DNA from: an uncultured Pseudomonadota bacterium
GTDB taxonomy: Bacteria > Myxococcota_A > Polyangia > Fen-1088
Assembly: GCA_963847705.1 (NCBI GenBank)
Contig: CAWKBC010000027.1
Location: forward strand, 800,001-864,000
Length of the DNA: 64,000 bases
Direction: 5' to 3'
The notes beneath the pieces are model-generated. The model saw only the letters and a program-made list of their open reading frames with translations. It was not told the origin of the DNA and did no database searches. Below, in pieces: positions 46,499 through 57,966 of this stretch. Numbering within the stretch: position 1 is the stretch's first letter; each line of letters opens with the position of its first letter. Position numbers and translations under genes: made by a program.

Positions 46499-47863
46499 AT
46501 GAACCAGAGCCAGCCCAAGAACCAGAAGGCCTCCATCGTCACCGCCGTCCCCGGACCGGAGAGCCAAGCGCTCCGTGCTCGAGAAGACCTCCACGCCGCG
46601 CCCGGCCTGCAGGGCTACGCCCTCATGGCGGGGATCGTCGTCGAGGAGGGGCGCGGAAGCGCGGTCACCGACGTCGACGGGAACACCTACCTCGACTTCA
46701 TCGGCGGCATCAACGTGAACGCGCTCGGGCACAGCCACCCGACGCTGGTGCAGGCGGTGCAGGAGCAGGCGGCCAAGGTGTCGGTCGGCTCGTTCACCTC
46801 GCGCGCGCGTGTCGAGCTCGGCGAGCGGCTGGCGGCCAAGCCGCCGGCGCCGGGCGTGCACCGGCTGCAGCTCTATTCGGGCGGCGCGGAGGCGGTCGAG
46901 AGCGCGCTCCGCCTGGCCAAGTGCCACACCGGCAAGTACGAGATGGTCAGCTTCTGGGGCGGCTTCCACGGCAAGACCATGGGGGCGCTCTCGCTGATGG
47001 GATCGACCTTCAAGGACAAGCTCGGCCCGATGGTGCCGGGGTCCCATCAGATCCCCTACGCCGACTGCTACCGCTGCCCGGTCGGCCTTTCGTACCCGAG
47101 CTGCGGCGTCGCCTGCGCCGAGATCGGACGCAAGCAGGTCAAGACCGCCGGCGCCGGCGAGATCGCGGCGGTGATCGTGGAGCCGATGCAGGGGACGGCC
47201 GGCAACGTCATCCCGCCGAAGGAGTTCCTGCCGGCGGTGCGCGCGCTGGCCGACGAGGTCGGCGCGCTGCTCATCGCCGACGAGATGATCACCGGACTCG
47301 GGCGCACCGGGAAGCGCTGGGGGCTGGACCACACCGGCGTGCGGCCGGACGTGGTGACGATCGGCAAGGCCTTCGGCGGCGGGTTCCCGCTCTCCGGGCT
47401 GCTCACCACCGACGAGATCGCCCAGGCCAAGCCCTGGGGGAATCCGTCCGGCTCGTCGTCCAGCTATGGCGGCAACCCGCTGGGGGCGGCCGCCGGCGCC
47501 GCCGCGCTCAAGATCATCGACGAGGAAGAGCTGACGGAGAATTCGCGCGTCGTGGGCGCCGCGCTCAAGCGCGAGCTCGAAGCCTTCGTCGATCGCTACC
47601 CGTTCGTCGGCTTCGTCGACGGGGAGGGGCTCCTCATCCGGATGGAGCTGGTCAAGGACAAGAAGACCAAGGAGCCACTGCCGCGCCGGGTGACCGAGCG
47701 GATCTTCACCGAGGCGGTCAAGCGGGGGCTGCTCACCATGGCCTACTCGGCCAGCTTCCGGATCCAGCCGGCGCTCACCATCGACGAGGCGACGGCCAGG
47801 AACGGCGTCGCCATCCTGCGCGAGGTGTTCGACCTCGTCGAGCGCGAACGGCTCTGGCAGTGA
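46499..47863 (+). CDS. Class-III PLP-dependent aminotransferase
   Basis: DVDGNTYLDF, SGGAEA, FHGKT, IVEPMQG, IADEMITGLGRTG, PDVVTIGK, YGGNP. Confidence 0.93.
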   Translation: MNQSQPKNQKASIVTAVPGPESQALRAREDLHAAPGLQGYALMAGIVVEEGRGSAVTDVDGNTYLDFIGGINVNALGHSHPTLVQAVQEQAAKVSVGSFTSRARVELGERLAAKPPAPGVHRLQLYSGGAEAVESALRLAKCHTGKYEMVSFWGGFHGKTMGALSLMGSTFKDKLGPMVPGSHQIPYADCYRCPVGLSYPSCGVACAEIGRKQVKTAGAGEIAAVIVEPMQGTAGNVIPPKEFLPAVRALADEVGALLIADEMITGLGRTGKRWGLDHTGVRPDVVTIGKAFGGGFPLSGLLTTDEIAQAKPWGNPSGSSSSYGGNPLGAAAGAAALKIIDEEELTENSRVVGAALKRELEAFVDRYPFVGFVDGEGLLIRMELVKDKKTKEPLPRRVTERIFTEAVKRGLLTMAYSASFRIQPALTIDEATARNGVAILREVFDLVERERLWQ

Positions 47864-48429
47864 AGCGGGCGCCCCCGCCGAACGCCGATCGCGTGGACGG
47901 AGCCGCGCTCGTCCCGGCGGGGTCCGTCGCGGGGGGGCTGGGGGACCCTCCCAGGGTCCCCCAATTGAAAGGTTGGCGCGACACCACCGCGCACGTCATC
48001 TCGGTCTGGTTCGGCTGCGGCCACGTGCCCTACATGCCGGGGCACGCGGGGACCATCGGCGCGATCCCGCTCTACCTGCTGGTGCGCCCGCATGGCCCCT
48101 GGGCAGTCGCCGCGGCGGCGCTGGTGGTCACGCTGGTCGGCATCTGGTCCTCTGGCATCGTCGAGCGCCGGCTCGGGTACAAGGATCCGCAGATCGTCTG
48201 CGTCGACGAGGTGGCCGGCGTGCTCGTGACCTGGATCGCCGCGCCGCCGACCTGGCGCGCGCTCATCGTCGGTGGGCTGGCGTTTCGTCTCTTCGATCAG
48301 ATCAAGCCCTGGCCGGCCCGCGCGGCGGAGCGCCTGGGCGGCGGCGCCGGCGTGATGCTCGACGACGTGGCCGCCGGCGTCTGGGGCGCCGCGCTGGTCC
48401 TCGCCGGCCGCGCCCTCGGCTGGCTCTAG
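47860..48429 (+). CDS. pgpA: Phosphatidylglycerophosphatase A family lipid phosphatase
   Basis: PGHAGT, DPQIVCVDEVAG, FRLFDQIKPWP, GVMLDDVAAG; GTGA overlap at 47860 (alternative start TTG 47965). Confidence 0.9.
   Translation: MKRAPPPNADRVDGAALVPAGSVAGGLGDPPRVPQLKGWRDTTAHVISVWFGCGHVPYMPGHAGTIGAIPLYLLVRPHGPWAVAAAALVVTLVGIWSSGIVERRLGYKDPQIVCVDEVAGVLVTWIAAPPTWRALIVGGLAFRLFDQIKPWPARAAERLGGGAGVMLDDVAAGVWGAALVLAGRALGWL
47927..47965. repeat. REP-like element related to the 25252-25377 repeats
   Basis: TCGCGGGGGGGC followed by hairpin TGGGGGACCCT-CCC-AGGGTCCCCCA; compare TCGCGGGGGGC-GCGGGACCCT-TTC-AGGGTCCCG. Confidence 0.65.
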
Positions 48430-49349
48430 CGCAAAGGCTCCGCGCCTCCAGTTTCCCCGGAGGCTACCCCAACGACCGCCCCACGGCCGGCGGGTCGGCG
48501 CTCCCGGCGCGACAGCACCAGGGCGACGCCGCCGAGCACGGCCATTCCGGACAGCAGCAAGCGGGGGGAGACCTGCTCGTGCAGCAACACCACGGCGCCG
48601 GCGGCCGCGATCACCGGAACGCTCAGCTGGACGATCCCCGCCTGCATCGCGGTCAGCCCGCGCAGAGCCCGGTACCAGACGGCATAGCCGAGCCCCGAGG
48701 TGACGGTCCCCGAGAGCGCCCCCAGTCCGGCCCCACGGGCGCTGAGGTGGAGCGCGCCCGTCTGAGTTGCGGCGACGACCAGCACCAGCGGTGTTGCCCA
48801 AAGAAAGCTGCGCGCGTTGGCCGCCAGCGGCCCCAGCGGATCGGTGGCGCGCTTCCCGGCCAGCGAGTAGACGCCCCAGGCGACACCGGCGGCCGCCATC
48901 AGCGCCGTTCCGACCGGATCGGGGCGGGTCGCCGCCGGCAGCACCAGCCAGGCAAGGCCGCCCGCTGCCAGGGCCAAGCCGGTCCAGACGCGGAGGGTGG
49001 GGCGCTCGCCGCGCGCCAGCCCCCACCCGATCATGGTGAGCTGCACACAACCGAACAGGACCAAGGCGCCGGCTGCGGCGCCGATGCGCAGGTAGGCGAA
49101 CGAAAAGGGGACCGCGTAGCCGAACAGGGCCAGCGGCCCGACGATGCCGGGCCCGCGCAGCGGCCGCCAGCCCCCCGCGCGGACCCGCACCAGGAGGGCC
49201 AGGATGGCCGCACCGCTGCCGAGGCGGATGGCCGTGTAGCTGGTGGCGTCGATCAGATGGCCGGCCAGGGCCATCCGGTTGAGCAGCGAGTTCGCCGCGA
49301 ACGCCACGAGCGCGAGCAGCGTGAGCAGGATCGTCTCGGGGGCCCCCAC
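48426..49349 (-). CDS. DMT/EamA-family transporter
   Basis: About 10 TM segments; AFAANSLL, IRLGSGA, SGLGYAVWY, QLSVPVIAA; TACCCT 6 nt before GTG 49349. Confidence 0.9.
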   Translation of the reverse strand: MGAPETILLTLLALVAFAANSLLNRMALAGHLIDATSYTAIRLGSGAAILALLVRVRAGGWRPLRGPGIVGPLALFGYAVPFSFAYLRIGAAAGALVLFGCVQLTMIGWGLARGERPTLRVWTGLALAAGGLAWLVLPAATRPDPVGTALMAAAGVAWGVYSLAGKRATDPLGPLAANARSFLWATPLVLVVAATQTGALHLSARGAGLGALSGTVTSGLGYAVWYRALRGLTAMQAGIVQLSVPVIAAAGAVVLLHEQVSPRLLLSGMAVLGGVALVLSRRERRPAGRGAVVGVASGETGGAEPLR

Positions 49350-49394
49350 AGCCGCAGGGTACAACGCCCGGGTGCTCGCCGGTCGCGCACCCGG

Positions 49395-52004
49395 CTAGGA
49401 GCCGAGCTCGACGCGCGGCGGCCCGGGGGTCTCGTCGCCGTTTCCGTTTCCGTTGGCGCCCACCGTGGTGGCGCTGTCCCAGGGGATCTCGGGGAGCTTG
49501 GGGCTGGAGCGGGGGCGGACCAGCATCAGCACCGCCGGAAGCACGATGACCGCGGTGGTCAGACAACAGAGCTCGCCGAACACCGCCAGGAGCCCGAACA
49601 GAAACAGGCCGACGTTCTGGGCCACCAGCAGCGACGAGTAGCCGATCACGGTGGTCAACGAACAGAGGCCGACCGCGCCGCCGGTGCCACGCACGGCGGC
49701 CACCACGTCGCGGCCGCCGTCGCGCAGATAGCGCGCCATCACGTTGACCGCGTAGTCGACGCCGATGCCGAAGGTGATGGGGAAGGCGATGAAGTTGACG
49801 AAGTTGATCTTGATCCCCAGCTTCATGGTGATCGCCAGCAGCCAGAGGACGCCGACCATCAGCGAGCCGATGACGAACGGCGTGGCCAGGCTCTTCCTGA
49901 AAATCAGGAGCACCGTGGCGACCACGCCCAGGAACGCCAGCAGCGACGCCAGCGGGCCGTCGCGCACCATCGACGAGATGATGTCGAACGACAGCGCCGG
50001 CCCGCCCGCCACGCGCCCCGGCCGCCCGCCCAGCGCGACCGGAGCCTGCGCCGCGGCGCGCAGCTCGCGGACGAAGGTGGCGATCGTCTCGCCCCGCCAC
50101 CAGCTCTCGGCCGGATTGGGATAGACCAGCACCGCCCGTCCGACCGATCCGTCCCGCTCGCGCAACCCGCGCGTGATGACGTCGGGGACCTCGTCGGGAC
50201 GAATGGGCGCGGGGTTCGGCGGCGCATCCTCCGGGCCGATCAGTCGGTCGAGCTTCTTCCGATCGGTGTCCGTCATGTTGGAGCGGACGTGAGGCGTCAT
50301 CTTGCGGCGGATGACGGCCAGCTCCACCTGCTTCTCCGGTTCGTCGGGCGGCACGACGTCGTCGTAGGTCCGGATCGAAGCGATCATCGAAGCGAGCGGC
50401 GGGTGCGAGGCCTGGTCGCGCAGCCGTGCCGTCACCGCCCGCGCCTCCGCCTCCGAGTCGGTCAGGATCACCGTCGGCGTCAGGTAGCGGCCGAGCAGGG
50501 TGTCCATCCGCCTCCCCCAGTGTCCTTCGCCCGACTTCCAGGTGTCGCGCCGCCGCAGCCGCGAGAAGTCGAACTCCAGCTGGTCGCGCCCGAAGTGCCG
50601 CACCTCCCAGACCGCCCCCAGCGTCAAGACGAGAGCGGCACCGGCGAACACCAGCGGGCGGGCCCCGACCGCGCGGGCGATCGCTCCCACCAGCCGCCCC
50701 GAGACGCGCCGCACCCGGGGCGCGTGCTTCCCGCGGTCGAGCCAGCTCAAGAGCGGCGGCATCAGCAGCACGGTCGTCCCCCAGGCGAACGCCATCCCGA
50801 GTCCGCCAATGACCCCGAACTGCCGGAAGCCGCGGAACTGCATGGCGACCAGCGACGCGTAGGCCACGCCGGCCGCCAGCGCTGCCGACAGCGTGCCCCA
50901 GCGGGTCCCCCACAGCGCCACCACCAGCGCCTCCTCGACCGTCTTCCCCTGGCGCCGCGTCTCCAGGTAGCGGGCCAGCTGGATGATGCCGAAGTTGATC
51001 CCGTTGCCGATGATGATCGACCCCAGGAACGCCGTGTTCGAGTTGAGCTCGGTGATCCGGAACGGCGGCAGGCTGGCGAGGCCAAAGGCGTAGACCGCGG
51101 CCAGCGCCAGCGGCAGGAACAGCGCCGGGATGCTGCGCGTCCAGCCGTAGAACAGGACGATGGCCAGCAGCACGGCGACCACGACCAGGACCGAGGAGAG
51201 CGTCAGGTCCTGGACCAGCGCCGCCATCTCCTCGGCCGAGATGGCGACGTCACCTGTCAACCCGACCTGCATGCCGGGGGCGTAGGCGCCGGTCCCTCCC
51301 AGCGCCCGCATATCGGCCTCCACCTTACGGATGAGAGTCCCGGCCTGCGCGGCGCTGGTGGAGAAGCCGCCGACCTCGATCAACATCAGCGTCAGGCCGA
51401 GCTGGCGGTTGGAGAAGCGGTTCCCCTCGAGGTCCCCGCCGCCCAGCTGGCCGGCGTACTTGTGCTCGAGGTCGCTGAAGTCGAGCGCCGGGGCCGGCTC
51501 GTCGTCATCCAGCAGCGTGTCGGTCTTCTTGGCGTACTCCCAGTGAAGGCGGGCCTCGACCCGCTCCCGGATCGTCTTCAGATCGTCGAGCGCCATCAGG
51601 CTGCCGGCGTGCTTCTCGACGAAGGCCCGCTCCGCCGCGTAGCCGGTGCGCACGTCGCTGACCTCGCTCCTGGGGTAGCGGCGGACCCGCGCGGCGAGAT
51701 CCTCGAGAAACCGCTCGCCGGCCGACAGGTGGTCGGGGGCGCCGACGTCGACGATGATCCCCAGGTACTGCAGCCCGGCCATCCGACTTCGCAGCTCCTG
51801 GATGGCCACCACGCTGGGGGCGTCGCGGGGCAGGAGCTCTTCGATGTCGCTGCGCAGATGACCGTAGAGGGAGATGGTCCGCCAGACCGCCGGAATCGCG
51901 GCGCAGAGCGCGATCGCCCAGAGCAGCGCGCCATGGCGAAGCGTCCAGGCGACGAAGCGGCGGGTACGGGGCCCGGGCGCGGGTGAAAAGGAGTCGGGGG
52001 ACAC
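49395..52004 (-). CDS. MMPL/RND-family lipid transporter
   Basis: Two repeats of (1 TM, large periplasmic loop, 5 TM); GNGINFGI and GIGVDY motifs. Confidence 0.9.
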   Translation of the reverse strand: MSPDSFSPAPGPRTRRFVAWTLRHGALLWAIALCAAIPAVWRTISLYGHLRSDIEELLPRDAPSVVAIQELRSRMAGLQYLGIIVDVGAPDHLSAGERFLEDLAARVRRYPRSEVSDVRTGYAAERAFVEKHAGSLMALDDLKTIRERVEARLHWEYAKKTDTLLDDDEPAPALDFSDLEHKYAGQLGGGDLEGNRFSNRQLGLTLMLIEVGGFSTSAAQAGTLIRKVEADMRALGGTGAYAPGMQVGLTGDVAISAEEMAALVQDLTLSSVLVVVAVLLAIVLFYGWTRSIPALFLPLALAAVYAFGLASLPPFRITELNSNTAFLGSIIIGNGINFGIIQLARYLETRRQGKTVEEALVVALWGTRWGTLSAALAAGVAYASLVAMQFRGFRQFGVIGGLGMAFAWGTTVLLMPPLLSWLDRGKHAPRVRRVSGRLVGAIARAVGARPLVFAGAALVLTLGAVWEVRHFGRDQLEFDFSRLRRRDTWKSGEGHWGRRMDTLLGRYLTPTVILTDSEAEARAVTARLRDQASHPPLASMIASIRTYDDVVPPDEPEKQVELAVIRRKMTPHVRSNMTDTDRKKLDRLIGPEDAPPNPAPIRPDEVPDVITRGLRERDGSVGRAVLVYPNPAESWWRGETIATFVRELRAAAQAPVALGGRPGRVAGGPALSFDIISSMVRDGPLASLLAFLGVVATVLLIFRKSLATPFVIGSLMVGVLWLLAITMKLGIKINFVNFIAFPITFGIGVDYAVNVMARYLRDGGRDVVAAVRGTGGAVGLCSLTTVIGYSSLLVAQNVGLFLFGLLAVFGELCCLTTAVIVLPAVLMLVRPRSSPKLPEIPWDSATTVGANGNGNGDETPGPPRVELGS

Positions 52005-52189
52005 GTTGGGGCGGCGCTCGCCGCGGCCATGATACAGAAGAGCCGACCCAAACGCCCGTAAGCACAGGCGTGAACGGGCGTGCGGGACCGCACCCCGGGC
52101 CCCCTGGCGCCAGGCGGGGCCATCGGTTTCGGCGCCAGGGATCTCAGAAGATCCCCGTCCAAAAACGTCATGGTATGTTGTCGGGCTCC

Positions 52190-53713
52190 GTGCCGTTCGT
52201 CCCTGACCGTGGAGGCTTTCTCGATCTGGCCCGTCGTGGCCGGATCGCCTTCGTCTATCGCGAGGTTCTGGCCGACACCGACACCCCGGTCTCCGCCTAC
52301 GCCAAGCTTGGCCGCGGGCCTTACTCGTTCCTGCTGGAGAGCGTGGTCGGCGGCGACAAGTGGGCCGCCTACAGCTTCGTCGGCGTCCGGCCGCGCGCGG
52401 TCGTCCGGGCCCGCGGCGCGGAGGTCGAGGTGCTCACCTCGGTCGACGGCGAGATGCGGGTCACGGAGCGGGCGCGCGTCGAGCGGCCGCTGCAATTCCT
52501 CGACGCCTACCTGGCCAAGCTGGCGCCCGCGGTGCCGCCGGGCCTGCCGCGCTTCTTCGGCGGCGCGGTCGGCTGGCTCGGCTACGACGCCATCCGCGGC
52601 TTCGAACGCATCCCCAGCACCAAGCCCGACGTTCTGGGCGTGCCGGAGATCTGCTTCGCGCTCACCGACACGGTGGTCATCTTCGACAACCTGCGCGGGA
52701 CGGTGAAGGTGGTGGCGGCGGTCGACGTGGGCGAGGGCGATCCGGGACGCGCCTACGACGACGCCTGCAGCCGGATCGACGCGGTGCTGGAGCGGCTGGC
52801 CCGCCCGGCGCCCCCGCTGCGGGTGCTGGAGCCGCTGCCGCCGCCGGTGCCCGAGATGCCCCGCTCGAACGTCAGCCAGGACCAGTACGAGGCGGGCGTG
52901 CGGCGCGTGCAGGAGTACATCCTGGCCGGCGACGCCTTCCAGGTCGTCTACTCGCAGCGCTTTCAGGTGCCGCGCGGGGGCGTCGACCCGTTCGACGTCT
53001 ACCGCGCGCTGCGGGTGATCAACCCGTCGCCCTACATGTTCCACCTCGAGTTCCCGGAGGCCATCGTGACCGGCGCCTCACCCGAGGCGCTGGTGCGCCT
53101 GGAAGGCGCCGAGGTCGAGGTGCGGCCGATCGCCGGGACGCGCCGGCGCGGCGCCACCATCGAGGAGGACGCGGCGCTGGAGACGGAGCTGCGCAACGAT
53201 CCGAAGGAACGCGCGGAGCACGTCATGCTGGTCGACCTCGGGCGGAACGACGTCGGGCGGGTCTCGGCGCCCGGGACGGTGAGGGTCAACGAGCTGATGG
53301 CCGTCGAGCGCTACTCCCACGTCATGCACCTGGTGTCGAACATTCGCGGGACGGCCGCGCCGGGGATCCGGGCCGCCGACGTGGTGCGCGCCGCCTTCCC
53401 GGCCGGGACGCTCTCGGGCGCCCCCAAGATCCGGGCCATGGAGATCATCGAGGAGATCGAGCCGTCGCGGCGCGGGATCTACGGCGGCGCCGTCGGGTAC
53501 ATCTCGTACACCGGGAACCTGGACCTGGCGATCGCCATCCGGACGCTGGTGACCCTGGGCGACACGATCCACGTCCAGGCGGGCGCCGGGATCGTCGCCG
53601 ACAGCGTGCCGGCCCAGGAGCACCTGGAGTGCGTGAACAAGGCGCGCGCCGTGCTGAGCGCGGTCGAGGTCGCGCGGCGCGGGTCAGCGACGCCGGAAGG
53701 GCGAGGGCGTTAA
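52190..53713 (+). CDS. trpE: Anthranilate synthase component I
   Basis: TPVSAY, FLLES, GDAFQVV, NPSPYM, PIAGT, EHVMLVDLGRND, GTLSGAPKIRAM; start is GTG 52190 or ATG 52175. Confidence 0.95.
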   Translation: MPFVPDRGGFLDLARRGRIAFVYREVLADTDTPVSAYAKLGRGPYSFLLESVVGGDKWAAYSFVGVRPRAVVRARGAEVEVLTSVDGEMRVTERARVERPLQFLDAYLAKLAPAVPPGLPRFFGGAVGWLGYDAIRGFERIPSTKPDVLGVPEICFALTDTVVIFDNLRGTVKVVAAVDVGEGDPGRAYDDACSRIDAVLERLARPAPPLRVLEPLPPPVPEMPRSNVSQDQYEAGVRRVQEYILAGDAFQVVYSQRFQVPRGGVDPFDVYRALRVINPSPYMFHLEFPEAIVTGASPEALVRLEGAEVEVRPIAGTRRRGATIEEDAALETELRNDPKERAEHVMLVDLGRNDVGRVSAPGTVRVNELMAVERYSHVMHLVSNIRGTAAPGIRAADVVRAAFPAGTLSGAPKIRAMEIIEEIEPSRRGIYGGAVGYISYTGNLDLAIAIRTLVTLGDTIHVQAGAGIVADSVPAQEHLECVNKARAVLSAVEVARRGSATPEGRGR

Positions 53714-53716
53714 GCC

Positions 53717-54288
53717 ATGCTGCTGGTGATCGACAACTACGACTCCTTCACCTACAACCTGGTCCAGTACCTGGGTGAGATGGGGCAGGAGATCCGCGTG
53801 GTGCGCAACGACGAGCTCCCGGCCGCGCAGATCGCCGCGCTGGCGCCGTCGCACATCGTGATCTCGCCGGGCCCCTGCACGCCGAACGAGGCCGGCATCA
53901 GCCTGGAGGTCATCAAGACCTACGCCGGGAAGATCCCCATCCTGGGCGTCTGCCTGGGGCACCAGGCGATCGGTCAGGCCTTCGGCGGCAAGGTGGTGCG
54001 CGCCGCGCGCGTCATGCACGGCAAGACGTCGCCGATCTCCCACGACGGCAAGGGCCTCTTCACGGGGCTGCCCAATCCGTTCCAGGCGACCCGCTACCAC
54101 TCGCTGCTGATCGAGCGCGCCAGCGTCCCCGATTCTCTGGACGTGACGGCCCAGACGGCGGAGAACGAGATCATGGCGGTCAGGCACAAGACGTTGCCAG
54201 TGGAAGGCGTTCAGTTCCATCCCGAGTCGTTCCTGACCACGTCGGGCAAGGACCTGCTGCGCAACTTCATCGAGCGGCGAGGTCGGCC

Positions 54289-54292
<4 letters not shown>
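53717..54292 (+). CDS. trpG: Anthranilate synthase component II (glutamine amidotransferase)
   Basis: [33 protein letters not shown]. Confidence 0.96.
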
Positions 54293-55343
<1,051 letters not shown>

Positions 55344-55347
<4 letters not shown>

Positions 55348-56117
55348 TCCTCGACGACATCGTGGCCCGCACCCGCTCCGACCTCGCCGAGCGCAAGCGG
55401 CGGCGACCGATCTCGGTGCTGGAGTCCGAGGCGGTGCGCCGGCCGGCGCCCCGCAGCCTGGCGCGCGCGCTGCGCCGGCCGGGCGAGGTCACCTGCATCG
55501 CCGAGTTCAAGCGCAAGTCGCCCTCGGCCGGGTGGATCGCGGAGAGGGCGGCGCCGGCCGAGATGGCGCGCGCCTACGCCGCCGGCGGGGCGCGCGCGAT
55601 GTCGGTCCTGACCGAGGGACCCTTCTTCGGCGGGAGCCTCGACGATCTGGCGGCGGCCCGGGCGGCCTCGGAGCTGGTCATCCTGCGCAAGGACTTCGTC
55701 GTCGATCGCTACCAGGTCGTGGAGGCGCGGGCGGCGGGCGCCGACGCGATCTTGCTGATCGTCAGCGCGCTCAGCGATCTCGACCTGGCGGCGCTCCTGG
55801 GGGCCACGCGCGAGATGGGCCTCGAGGCGCTGGTCGAGGCGCACGACGCCGACGAGGTGGCGCGGGCCGTGGCGGCCGGCGCCGGCATCATCGGGATCAA
55901 CAACCGCGACCTGCGGACCTTCACCGTCGACCGCGAGCTGGCCGCCCGGCTGCGCCCCCGCGTCCCCGACGAGCGGGTGATCGTCGCCGAATCGGGGATC
56001 CGCGACGCCACCGACGTGGGCCGGCTGCGCGCCGCCGGCATCGACGCCATCCTGGTCGGCGAGGCGCTGATGCGCGCGCCCAATCCGACGGCCTCGCTCC
56101 GGGCCCTTTTGGCTTGA
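55344..56117 (+). CDS. trpC: Indole-3-glycerol phosphate synthase
   Basis: IAEFKRKSPS, SVLTE, LRKDF, GINNRDL, ESGI. Confidence 0.96.
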
Positions 56118-56121
56118 AGGC

Positions 56122-56739
56122 GTGGTGAACCTCCTGGTCAAGATCTGCGGCATCACGACCGCCCGCGACGCCGCCATGGCCGCCGAGCTGGGGGCCGACG
56201 CCATCGGCCTCAACTTCTGGCCGGGGTCGAAGCGCTACGTCGACCCGGCCGACGCCGCTCCGATCCTGGCTGCCATCCCCGCCGGGATTCTCAAGGTGGG
56301 GGTCTTCGTCAACGAGCCCGAAGAGGAGATCGCCTTTCGAATGGACGAGCTCGGGCTCGACCGCGTGCAGCTGCACGGCGACGAGAGACCGGGCGACTAC
56401 CTTCATCTCGACCCGTCGAGGTTGATCCGGGCCGTTCGCGTCCGCGATGCGGCCTCGTTCGCCGCCGCGGCGGGATGGAAACCCTCCCTCTGGCTCTACG
56501 ACGCCTTCGTCGAGGGGTTCGGCGGCGGCGGCCTGGCGGCGCCCTGGCCGCTCATCGCGCGGCAGGCGCGCCGCCCGTTCTTGCTGGCCGGCGGCTTGAC
56601 GCCCGACAACGTCGCGGCCGCCATCCAGGCCACGCGCCCCGAGGGGGTGGACGTCGCCAGCGGCGTCGAGCGGTCGCCCGGCGTGAAAGATCCGGCCAAG
56701 CTCGCGGCGTTCCTCGTCGCCGCGCGCGCTGCGATATAG
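56122..56739 (+). CDS. trpF: Phosphoribosylanthranilate isomerase
   Basis: KICGIT, QLHGDE, LAGGL, DVASGVE. Confidence 0.95.
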   Translation: MVNLLVKICGITTARDAAMAAELGADAIGLNFWPGSKRYVDPADAAPILAAIPAGILKVGVFVNEPEEEIAFRMDELGLDRVQLHGDERPGDYLHLDPSRLIRAVRVRDAASFAAAAGWKPSLWLYDAFVEGFGGGGLAAPWPLIARQARRPFLLAGGLTPDNVAAAIQATRPEGVDVASGVERSPGVKDPAKLAAFLVAARAAI

Positions 56740-56748
56740 TTCCGCGCG

Positions 56749-57962
<1,214 letters not shown>

Positions 57963-57966
<4 letters not shown>

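Noticed and set aside
47973-51986. Very long alternative-frame ORFs (1337 aa here; also 36753-40028, 9504-12305, 57750-60392, 2378-4774)
   Set aside because: Arg/Gly/Pro-rich shadow frames of real genes, expected in high-GC DNA; no motifs.
51983-52190. Classical trpL attenuator
   Set aside because: No short ORF with tandem Trp codons and no terminator U-tract upstream of trpE.
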